From: Oscillospiraceae bacterium
Lineage (GTDB): Bacteria > Bacillota > Clostridia > Oscillospirales > Ruminococcaceae
DNA length: 64,000 bases
Assembly: GCA_017847885.1 (NCBI GenBank)
Contig: JAGAUA010000011.1
Span: 16,770-80,769, forward strand
Reading direction: 5' to 3'
The translations under genes and the position numbers were made by a program. Below, one piece after another: positions 53,322-61,902 of the stretch. The notes beneath the pieces were generated by a model that saw only the letters and a list, made by a program, of their open reading frames with translations, did not search any database and was not told the DNA's origin. Each line of letters begins with the position of its first letter. Within the stretch, counting starts at the first letter, position 1.

Positions 53322-55229
53322 ATGGTAGTACAGCACAATTTAACAGCGATGAACGCTAACAGATACTTCGGTATCAACAATTCTAAGCTTTCCAAGTCTC
53401 TGGAAAAACTTTCTTCCGGTTACGCGATCAACCGTGCAGGCGATAACGCAGCAGGCCTCGCAGTTTCCGAAAAGATGAGAAGCCAGATCGGCGGTCTTAA
53501 TCAGGCTGTAAAGAACGCTCAGGACGGTATCTCAATGGTTCAGACATTTGAAGGTGCTCTCACAGAAACAGACTCCATTCTCCAGAGAATGAAAGTCCTT
53601 GCAACTCAGTCTGCAAACGGTTCTTACGATGATCCCGTTGACCGTAACGCAATCGAGCAGGAATTCCTCCAGTTGAACGACGAACTCGACCAGATCGCTG
53701 ACACAGACTTCAACGGCGTTGTTGTTCTTAACGGCGGTGTAATGGCTGACGGTACAAAAGCGGATCCTGAAACAGGTCTTATCAACTATGCGATTGCTGC
53801 TGATGGAGCTGATGAAAAGGTTCAGATTACCGATGCAGATGTAGCTGCATACGACGGAGAAAATGATACTGTAACAACAGCTAAAATTGCTCAAGCTCAG
53901 GTTGGTGACGTAAATACATTTAACAAGGGCGCATATAAAACAGCCGTTTCTGCACTGAAAGAAGAAACTGATGTAACTTATGCTTATGCAGGCGATGGCA
54001 AGTGGATAAACAACTATGATAAGTCTGTTATATCTGCAAAGGAAACAGGCGGATTCGTTGGTCTGTTCGGTGAAACAATCACTCTTGACGACACAGCTCT
54101 TGAAGTTGGCGATACTGTTACTGTAACAGTAACACCCGGCGTTGAAGCTGAAAGTCAGGAAGTTAAGAACTGGGACGCTGTAGCTGCTGTTACAGATGGT
54201 ACTGGTGATACTGATTCTCTTACAGTAACAGGCGATGCAAAATTTGAGATCACCTATACAGGTGCTGATGAAAAAGCTTTGAAGGCTATTGCAGATTTGA
54301 ATGGCGGAACAATTTCTTTAGCTAATAAGGCAGATAGTTCCATGACCACCTTTGCAGTAACAGGTGGAGGATTAAGTGCTGAAACAGATGCAACCAATAC
54401 TGCTAATGCCTTGGCTTCCGGAAAGGTAGCAGCAGTTTATAACGCAGCTACTAATACCGTTGATTTTTATGTTAACAAGGGTACTACACAGATTGCTGCC
54501 GGTCAGGATTTAACTACTAATGCAAATGCAGAGAAAATCGGTACATTTACATTACCAACAATGACATCAACTTCAACAACTGCTAACGACGACAAGGTTG
54601 TGTATACTCTCCAGACAGCAATGAAGTCTGCAGTTACAGGTGAGCCTGCTACAGTTGAACTTGCAGCTGTTCAGACCGTATCTGCTGAAGATAAAGCTGA
54701 TTTTGTTGAAAGAATAAATGCAGGTGTTGACGGCGGAACAGTTGAAGTTTCCAAGTCTAATGCTTTCAGCAAGTCTGAAGCTCAGATGACCTACAAGAAG
54801 AGCATCACTCTCCAGGTTGGTTCAAGAACCAAAGACGCTGTAGACTTTACATTCCAGTATAATTCCACAGCTATGGGCAAGCTTGCTCCTGACCTTAACT
54901 GTACAGCATATGGTCTTGGAACAGATGCGCTTACACTTTCTACTCAGGAAGATGCTAACTACGCTATCGACAAAATCGACCAGGCTATCAACAAGGTTTC
55001 CATGGTAAGAGGTACATTCGGTGCTATCCAGAACCGTCTTGAACACAAGATCGACAACCTCAATGTTACTACAGAGAACCTTACTTCTGCTGAGTCTCGT
55101 ATCCGTGACACTAACATGGCAGAAGAGATGATGAACTTCACAAAGCAGCAGATCCTCAGCCAGGCATCTCAGTCTATGCTTGCTCAGGCAAACCAGCTGC
55201 CTCAGGGCGTTCTCTCACTCCTCCAGTAA
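53322..55229 (+). CDS. fliC: Flagellin (paralog B, 635 aa, different variable middle)
   Basis: The termini are the same as in paralog A. The last 117 nt are identical to paralog A by my reading. Confidence 0.97.
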   Translation: MVVQHNLTAMNANRYFGINNSKLSKSLEKLSSGYAINRAGDNAAGLAVSEKMRSQIGGLNQAVKNAQDGISMVQTFEGALTETDSILQRMKVLATQSANGSYDDPVDRNAIEQEFLQLNDELDQIADTDFNGVVVLNGGVMADGTKADPETGLINYAIAADGADEKVQITDADVAAYDGENDTVTTAKIAQAQVGDVNTFNKGAYKTAVSALKEETDVTYAYAGDGKWINNYDKSVISAKETGGFVGLFGETITLDDTALEVGDTVTVTVTPGVEAESQEVKNWDAVAAVTDGTGDTDSLTVTGDAKFEITYTGADEKALKAIADLNGGTISLANKADSSMTTFAVTGGGLSAETDATNTANALASGKVAAVYNAATNTVDFYVNKGTTQIAAGQDLTTNANAEKIGTFTLPTMTSTSTTANDDKVVYTLQTAMKSAVTGEPATVELAAVQTVSAEDKADFVERINAGVDGGTVEVSKSNAFSKSEAQMTYKKSITLQVGSRTKDAVDFTFQYNSTAMGKLAPDLNCTAYGLGTDALTLSTQEDANYAIDKIDQAINKVSMVRGTFGAIQNRLEHKIDNLNVTTENLTSAESRIRDTNMAEEMMNFTKQQILSQASQSMLAQANQLPQGVLSLLQ

Positions 55230-55263
55230 GAGGTCTAAGCAAATTTCCTGCTCAAACAATAAC

Positions 55264-55293
55264 AAAAACCGCTCCGAAAGGGGCGGTTTTTTT
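55264..55293 (+). terminator. Rho-independent terminator of flagellin B
   Basis: AAAACCGCTCC-gaaa-GGGGCGGTTTT followed by a T-run. Confidence 0.8.
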
Positions 55294-55437
55294 GCGGCAT
55301 AATATACAATATCCCGACCTGTGTTTACGGGTTTATTCATATTTCTGCAAAAAATCACCCGGAATAATTGACTTTGGATACTATTATAATGTATAATGTT
55401 CTTTGCGATGATCACACTAAAGAAAGGACTTTTTACA

Positions 55438-57240
55438 ATGAAAAAACAGGCAAAACTTATTTGGGCGGCTTTATGCGCGGCAGGTATCACCCTGCTTTCG
55501 GGCTGCACAAATTACAGCAAAATGATGCACGAACAGCCGGGTGAGTATATCTCTCTTGCGCAGGAAAATACTGCTGACGCAGTTGTGAAGGGCGCACTTG
55601 CCGATGAATACGAGATTTTCAAGGCTGCTGCCGAGAACGGTACGGCTGCATTTGAATTTGAGGCAGAGGGCATAAAGTTCAGCGGCGACTATTTCATCAA
55701 CAGCAAGAGCATCGAGGCTGCGGCTAACTTCAATATGGCAGGCTCGGACGACTCTTCGGCAGGCTGCACGGTGTATGCCGACAAAACCGCGGCTCTGCTT
55801 GGTATAAACGGCAATTCGGGCAACCACGTTTACAGCATTACCTACAATACCATTGCAGATAAGCTTGCGACTTCTGTTTTTGCACCCGAGTCGGGCTCAA
55901 AGTATGCTATGAGTCAGGAAGAATACAACGCAATTACAGAGCAGTTCAAGCAGGTCACGGCAGCAATTGAGGGCGGCGAGAGCGCTGCGGAGGAAAACCC
56001 CTATGCAAAGATAATCACCGATTATCTTGAGACTCACCCTCCCGTGGTCACTGAAAAGACCGATGCCGACATAAACGGCGAGACCGTCAAGGCGAATATC
56101 CTTACATACGACATTCCGGGCGAGGACGTGAAAATGCTTGCAAGCCAGCTTGCGGACGAGGTAATTGCCGAGCTTATGAAGGAAGAGACCTTTGCGGAGT
56201 ATTACACCGCCGAGGACCTTAAAGCAAGCGTTAACGAAGTTATGGACAGAATAGAGACCTGCAATCTCAAGGTTGAGTACTTCGTCAACGCCAAGACCCA
56301 CGTAATGATGAAAGAGGACGTAAGCTTCATCATTACCGTCGACGGTGAAACTGCCGAGGCATATATCCGCACCAACTACGGCGCAGACCCTGCAAAGACC
56401 GACAAGGGTCAGTTTGCCGCAGGACTTATCGCAGACGGCGAGGAAATGAGCATAACCGCCGATACCACACGGGGCGAAAATGTTTCCGACATGGTTATCT
56501 CCATGACCCAATCCGGAGAGACTACCGAGCTTGCAAAGCTTACATTTGAGGAAAGCGACGACGGCGCATATACCATAACCGCGTCTATTAAGGAGCTTGA
56601 AGCCGAAGCAAAGATAACGGGTACGGTAACAAGCGAAAAGGACACCTTTACCGCAACCGTGGACAGAATATCCCTCTCGGAAGGCTCGGCAGAGGTTTCC
56701 TACCTTCCCAAGGGCGTGCTGACCGTAACAAAGGGCGGCAAGAAGCCCGAGCTTACCGCAGAAAAGGAGTTCTTCGACATTACCGAAGAGGAGCTTGATA
56801 CCCTTGCGGAAAACATCGAAGCTGATTTCGGCGCAGTATTAAACAGCGCGGCGAACGACAGCGTTGTGGGCGGCATGATAAACTATGTTGAGGAATCCAA
56901 AATCGCTTCGGCAAATGCAAACGCAAAAGCCTGCTATGTTTCGGTAACAACAACACTTACGCAAATTGCGATAAAAGACAAAACGGTTGACGGAAGCTAT
57001 GCAGAGGGCGAGGGCGCAGCGCTCACTATCGGCAGCGAAACCTACGACCAGAGCGATTATCTCGGCAGCGATTTCAACGGGTACTATTACGGCACAGTTG
57101 ACGGAGAGAGTTACATGGTGAACTATATGCTTTGGTCGGAAGAGCCTATTCCCGACGAGTATAAAAAGCCGCTTACCGCCGACGAGCAGGAGGAGCTTGC
57201 AAATCAGGGCATCATCATCGGCTGTTATCCTATCGGATAA
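55438..57240 (+). CDS. Large secreted lipoprotein of unknown function
   Basis: MKKQAKLIWAALCAAGITLLSGC lipobox. I chose the start at 55438, which follows AAGAAAGGA. The mature part is acidic with no recognised domain. Confidence 0.7.
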   Translation: MKKQAKLIWAALCAAGITLLSGCTNYSKMMHEQPGEYISLAQENTADAVVKGALADEYEIFKAAAENGTAAFEFEAEGIKFSGDYFINSKSIEAAANFNMAGSDDSSAGCTVYADKTAALLGINGNSGNHVYSITYNTIADKLATSVFAPESGSKYAMSQEEYNAITEQFKQVTAAIEGGESAAEENPYAKIITDYLETHPPVVTEKTDADINGETVKANILTYDIPGEDVKMLASQLADEVIAELMKEETFAEYYTAEDLKASVNEVMDRIETCNLKVEYFVNAKTHVMMKEDVSFIITVDGETAEAYIRTNYGADPAKTDKGQFAAGLIADGEEMSITADTTRGENVSDMVISMTQSGETTELAKLTFEESDDGAYTITASIKELEAEAKITGTVTSEKDTFTATVDRISLSEGSAEVSYLPKGVLTVTKGGKKPELTAEKEFFDITEEELDTLAENIEADFGAVLNSAANDSVVGGMINYVEESKIASANANAKACYVSVTTTLTQIAIKDKTVDGSYAEGEGAALTIGSETYDQSDYLGSDFNGYYYGTVDGESYMVNYMLWSEEPIPDEYKKPLTADEQEELANQGIIIGCYPIG

Positions 57241-57250
57241 TATAAAGTGA

Positions 57251-57397
57251 TGTGGGGGAATATATAATCCGCCCATACAAATTTAGCGGTGTAACATTTT
57301 GTAGGGGACGGGTCTCCCGTCCCGATTTTGTAGGGGCGGCTATCAGCCGCCCGTTGATTGTTGTTAATGTTTCGGGCGGATAATATCCGCCCCTACA
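57251..57397. repeat. Cluster of three REP-like units (one degenerate, one short variant, one full composite)
   Basis: Three units: TGTGGGGGAATATATAATCCGCCCATACAA; GTAGGGGACGGGTCTCCCGTCCC; GTAGGGGCGGCTATCAGCCGCCCG...GGGCGGATAATATCCGCCCCTAC. Confidence 0.8.
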
Positions 57398-57435
57398 AAA
57401 AATAACGCGTTATTGTCATCAGAAAGGAATCTGCC

Positions 57436-58566
57436 ATGAAAATCCTGCACACCTCAGACCTGCACCTCGGAATAAGCCTTTGCGGAATTCCGCTGCTGCC
57501 GTATCAGAAAAAATTCTGCGATACCCTCTGCAAAGCTGCCGAAAACGCCGACGCGGTGATTATCGCAGGTGATATTTTCGACACCTCTGTTGCCTCGGCG
57601 GAGGCGGTGCGCTGTTGGAGCGAGCTTGCCACAAAGCTTTGCACGGAGCGGAAAATCCCCGTGATAGTCTGTGCAGGCAACCATGACGGCGCGGCACGGC
57701 TTGCTTCCTGTGCAGACCTTCTCAAATCCGCAGGACTTTACATTTCGGGCGCATTTGAGGACGCCTTCACTCCCGTTATCATCGGTAACACCGCGATATA
57801 TTCCATGCCCTATTTCAACCCCACGGACGCGGCTGCCGTACTCGGCTGCAAGCCCACGGCGGCAGAGGTAATGAAATCCGCGGCGAAAAAAATACTACAA
57901 ACCGCCGACCCCGACAAGTGCAACATTCTTGCGGCGCATTGCTTTGCGGCAGGCGCGGTTTCGGGAGAAAGCGACATCTCGGCACGGGCTTCCGAAGCGG
58001 TAGGCGGCGCAGACCGAATTCCGCTCTCGGCATTTGACGGCTTCAACTATGTTGCTCTGGGACATCTCCACAAACCCCAGACCCTGTCACGACCCGAAAG
58101 CAAAACCGTTGTCCGATACAGCGGAACGCCGCTGCCCTACTCATTCGGAGAAGCGGCATACCCCAAGACCCTGACGATTTTCGATACCGAAACGGGCAGC
58201 ATTTCCGAAACGGAAGTGCCGTTGCCCTACACTCTGCGGACGATTGAGGATACCTATGAAAATATCCTTGCCGCCGCCGAAAAGGACGAAAAACGCGGCG
58301 ATTTCATGCGCATAACCGTTACCGACCGCTATGTAGGGGACGGGCTTTTCATGCAGATGAAGGAGCTTTACCCCAACCTGCTGCGATTTTCGGGCAGGCA
58401 GTACGAATCCTCGGACGGCAAAACGGTAAGTGCAAAGGAAGCCTTTGAAATGGACATCGTTACCCTTGCAAAGCGTTACTGCGCGGAGCATAGAGGGGAC
58501 GAGCCGGACAGCGACGAGCTTAAATGGCTTGCAGAGGCAATGGAGGATATAGAGCAGAACGGCTGA
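57436..58566 (+). CDS. sbcD: Exonuclease SbcCD, nuclease subunit D (Mre11 family)
   Basis: MKILHTSDLHLG, AGDIFD, GNHD and GHLH phosphoesterase motifs. Confidence 0.9.
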   Translation: MKILHTSDLHLGISLCGIPLLPYQKKFCDTLCKAAENADAVIIAGDIFDTSVASAEAVRCWSELATKLCTERKIPVIVCAGNHDGAARLASCADLLKSAGLYISGAFEDAFTPVIIGNTAIYSMPYFNPTDAAAVLGCKPTAAEVMKSAAKKILQTADPDKCNILAAHCFAAGAVSGESDISARASEAVGGADRIPLSAFDGFNYVALGHLHKPQTLSRPESKTVVRYSGTPLPYSFGEAAYPKTLTIFDTETGSISETEVPLPYTLRTIEDTYENILAAAEKDEKRGDFMRITVTDRYVGDGLFMQMKELYPNLLRFSGRQYESSDGKTVSAKEAFEMDIVTLAKRYCAEHRGDEPDSDELKWLAEAMEDIEQNG

Positions 58567-58574
58567 AAATACAG

Positions 58575-58610
58575 AAAAAGAGTACACGCATAAAGTGTAC
58601 TCTTTTTATT
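58575..58610. terminator. Hairpin terminator after sbcD
   Basis: AAAAAGAGTACAC-gcataaa-GTGTACTCTTTTT. Confidence 0.7.
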
Positions 58611-58642
58611 TGCAATAAAATGTTTTGGGCTTATATGCTTAT

Positions 58643-58667
58643 TGTAGGGGCGGATATTATCCGCCCG
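58643..58667. repeat. REP-like unit (copy C, core hairpin only)
   Basis: TGTAGGGGCGGATATTATCCGCCCG. Confidence 0.75.
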
Positions 58668-58693
58668 ATATTGAAAACTGCTTTTTCTGTTTA

Positions 58694-60727
58694 TCAAAGA
58701 TTAAACTTTCCGATAAGCTCCTTGAGCATACCTGCCTGACCCGAAAGCTCCTCGGAAGCGGCAGCGCTTTCCTCGGCTGTTGCGGAGTTGGACTGAACAA
58801 CGCCTGCTATCCGCGCGATATCCTCATTTATCCTTGTGACCATGTCCGCCTGCCTGCGTCCCGACTCGGTAATGTCGTCAACTATCTTCTTTACCGCAAG
58901 GGTGTATTCGTCCAGCGTCTTAACAGCCGTGGCGGTCTGCTCGGTAATTTTTGCGCCGCTGTTAACGGCTTCGATAGAGCTGTCGATGAGGCTTGTTGTA
59001 TCGCTTACAGCTTCCGCGGATTTTGCCGCAAGGTTTCTTACCTCGTCCGCAACCACAGCAAAGCCCTTGCCCGCTTCGCCTGCTCTTGCAGCCTCAACAG
59101 CCGCGTTCAAAGCAAGGATATTCGTCTGGAAAGCGATATCCTCAATGGTTTTGATGATATTGCTTATCTTGTCGGAAGTTTCGTTTATGTTGTTCATCGC
59201 CTCGGTAAGGCTGTTCATCTTTTCGTTTACCTCATCAAGATAAGCCGACGTGCTGTTCATAAGCTTGTGCGCCTCGGTGCAGTTATCGGAATTTACATTC
59301 ACCTGCTCCTCGATAGTTTGAAGATTTCTTGCAAGCTCGTCAATGGAAGCTGTCTGCTCGATAGTTCCCTGAGACAATACCTGCGCCCCGGCAGCGACCT
59401 GACCCGAGCCGGAGTTTACCTGCTCCGCCGCCGCGTGAATATCTGTCAGCACGGTCGTCAGCTTGCTCTTTATTGCTTCAAGATTATCCGCCAGTACAGA
59501 AAAATCGCCCATGTAATAATTTCTGTTCATGTCAACATCAACGGCAAAATTCTCGTCAGCCATTTCGCCGAGGATACGCCCGATGTCGTTTGTTGCATTT
59601 TTTAAAGACAGACACAGCATATTTACCGCGTTTGCAATATTGCCTATTTCGTCTTTTCTGTATGTATATTTTTCGATATTATCGCCTGCGTCAAGCTGTA
59701 TGTTTCCAAGTTCGGTAACAGCGTTTTCAACAGCCTTCAAGGGGGATATCATTCTGCTTACAACGATATATGCAAATATTGTAAGAACTACCTCGCATAT
59801 AAAGCATATGATACCCAGCTCTATCCTCAGAGTTTTTGCAGAAGCAAGAACCTCGGACGCCTTGTCGGATAAAATAAATACCCAGCCCTGCTCGCTCAAA
59901 CTGTTGAAAGCCGCTATATTTTTTACGCCGTTTTCGTCCTTGTAATTTATCGAGCCGCATACGTCCTCGCTTTTGCCCTTTACCTGTTCAATAATGTCGT
60001 TAACGAATTTTTCCTCAGCAACGGTGGTCATCTTTTCGGTATCGGGGTGGAAAATATATTCGCCCGTGTTTGCATTTACAAGGTAATACTGCGCTTCCGA
60101 CAGACCGTCAAGGGGAAGTTCGTTCAGCTTGTCCACAAGACCGCTTGTTAATATGGCTATTCCGCCGAAGCCAATAGGATTTCCGTCTTCTCCTATGACA
60201 GCTTTATACATTGAAATTACCTGATTACCACTGGCAGGGGAGATGAGAATACCCGTGTTGTATACGCCCTCTGTTGCAAGCATAGCGTCATGAAGCGGCT
60301 TGCGCTTTGCTTCATCCGGACGGGTAACTAAACCCACCGCCTTTGAACTTGTATGAGTAAGCGTTTTGGTGTCCCAACTGCTGGCATAAATGCCCTCAAG
60401 GTTTGCGACATCCTTGCTGAAATTTTCTGTATATTTCTGCGCAGCAGCAACATACTCCTCATTTGAAGGGTCACGAAGCAGGTCGTATATCTGCTCTGCC
60501 TTCAAATAAGCAGTAAGAGTATCCTCCGTGGACTTAATATAGTTGCTGATTATCTCCGAGCGGTCGAGAGCGGCGGTCTGCATATTATTTACAGCGTTAT
60601 CCTGAGTCGAAGCGGAAACAGAGCTGCTTATAAAAGCAAACAGAAAAGAGAACACTATAAATTGTACAGCCAGTACCGCTGCCGAAATTCTTAATCCCAA
60701 CCGACATATTTTCTTGTTTGTGTTCAT
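58694..60727 (-). CDS. Methyl-accepting chemotaxis protein (Cache-like periplasmic sensor, HAMP, MCP signalling domain)
   Basis: Two TM helices flank a ~270-aa ectodomain. The C-terminus has [37 protein letters not shown]. Confidence 0.92.
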   Translation of the reverse strand: MNTNKKICRLGLRISAAVLAVQFIVFSFLFAFISSSVSASTQDNAVNNMQTAALDRSEIISNYIKSTEDTLTAYLKAEQIYDLLRDPSNEEYVAAAQKYTENFSKDVANLEGIYASSWDTKTLTHTSSKAVGLVTRPDEAKRKPLHDAMLATEGVYNTGILISPASGNQVISMYKAVIGEDGNPIGFGGIAILTSGLVDKLNELPLDGLSEAQYYLVNANTGEYIFHPDTEKMTTVAEEKFVNDIIEQVKGKSEDVCGSINYKDENGVKNIAAFNSLSEQGWVFILSDKASEVLASAKTLRIELGIICFICEVVLTIFAYIVVSRMISPLKAVENAVTELGNIQLDAGDNIEKYTYRKDEIGNIANAVNMLCLSLKNATNDIGRILGEMADENFAVDVDMNRNYYMGDFSVLADNLEAIKSKLTTVLTDIHAAAEQVNSGSGQVAAGAQVLSQGTIEQTASIDELARNLQTIEEQVNVNSDNCTEAHKLMNSTSAYLDEVNEKMNSLTEAMNNINETSDKISNIIKTIEDIAFQTNILALNAAVEAARAGEAGKGFAVVADEVRNLAAKSAEAVSDTTSLIDSSIEAVNSGAKITEQTATAVKTLDEYTLAVKKIVDDITESGRRQADMVTRINEDIARIAGVVQSNSATAEESAAASEELSGQAGMLKELIGKFNL

Positions 60728-60888
60728 TTGTTTACCTCCTGTTTAAACTATTGAATTTATATGATATATGTGATATAATTGTATAGGTTAAAAGTAATAT
60801 AGAGAGTGTGCATAAAATAGGGGGACGGTACGCAGCTTTTCTGCTGACCCGATTTTTGCGCATAACTCGGAAAGGATGTTGTTTTACT

Positions 60889-61758
60889 ATGGAGCTTAAT
60901 CAGATAAAGCAGTTCAGGGTCATCGCACGGACGGAAAGCATATCCAAAGCGGCAGAGCTTCTTTTTATTGCGCAGCCCTCATTAAGCCAGACCTTGAAAC
61001 GCCTTGAAAACGAGCTGGGCACACCGCTTTTTGACAGACGGGGAAGAAGAATCGTCCTAAACGGCGCAGGAAAAATATTTCTCAAATATTGTGACGAAAT
61101 TGTTTTTGCTTTGGACAATGCCACAAAGGAGATAAGCGAATACATAGGCAACGAAAAAAGCGATATCAATATCTGGGTCGAGTCCACATCGCTGATAATC
61201 CCCGACGTTGTGGATAAAATGCGCAAATACTATCCTTGGTCGCTGCCGCATATGTATCAGGGCTTTTGCGACGATTGGGATATAAAGATATGCTCCGATA
61301 TCTGCCCCGACTGCGGAAACCTTTCAACGGTAGTCATAGAAGAGCCTATCGGCGTAATGTTTCCGAAAAATCACTTTCTTGCCTTAAAAGACGAAATAAG
61401 AAAAAAAGACCTTGAAGAATGTGATTTTCTGTGTCCCAACCAAACGGACGGGTTAGTGGGGATAATATTTGATTTCTGCTCCAAAGCTGATTTTAAGCCG
61501 AACATCACTATGTATGTGGAATCGCCGTGGATAATACATGAGCTGCTGAAAAGCGGGGTCGGCGTATCCTTTGCACCTCAGTATACGTGGCATTGCTACT
61601 ATAACGAACAGCTTGAATTCAGACAAGTTTCGGATATGCCCATGAGGCAATTTGTGCATCTTATTATGAACGATAAAAAATACGTTACAAAAAATATGCA
61701 ATGCTGCTACGACGCTCTTGTAAAATTCTACCGCGAATATGCTCAAAAATTTTGCTGA
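60889..61758 (+). CDS. LysR-family transcriptional regulator
   Basis: HTH region FRVIARTESISKAAELLFIAQPSLSQTLKRLENELGTPLFDR. I chose the start at MELNQIK, which follows GGAAAGGA. Confidence 0.88.
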   Translation: MELNQIKQFRVIARTESISKAAELLFIAQPSLSQTLKRLENELGTPLFDRRGRRIVLNGAGKIFLKYCDEIVFALDNATKEISEYIGNEKSDINIWVESTSLIIPDVVDKMRKYYPWSLPHMYQGFCDDWDIKICSDICPDCGNLSTVVIEEPIGVMFPKNHFLALKDEIRKKDLEECDFLCPNQTDGLVGIIFDFCSKADFKPNITMYVESPWIIHELLKSGVGVSFAPQYTWHCYYNEQLEFRQVSDMPMRQFVHLIMNDKKYVTKNMQCCYDALVKFYREYAQKFC

Positions 61759-61902
61759 AAAATCTTCAAAAAATATTAACATTAAGCATATTATACCATA
61801 GTTTTGTTAAATTTCATAATATAAATTTTATATGTACTTATAATTTTGGAATTATACATAGCAAATTAAGGCATTGCCTTAACAGAAGAAAGGAGATATG
61901 CC

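Noticed and set aside
58625-59605. 326-aa ORF antisense to the MCP gene
   Set aside because: It is the shadow frame of the conserved MCP signalling domain, and it starts inside a REP unit.
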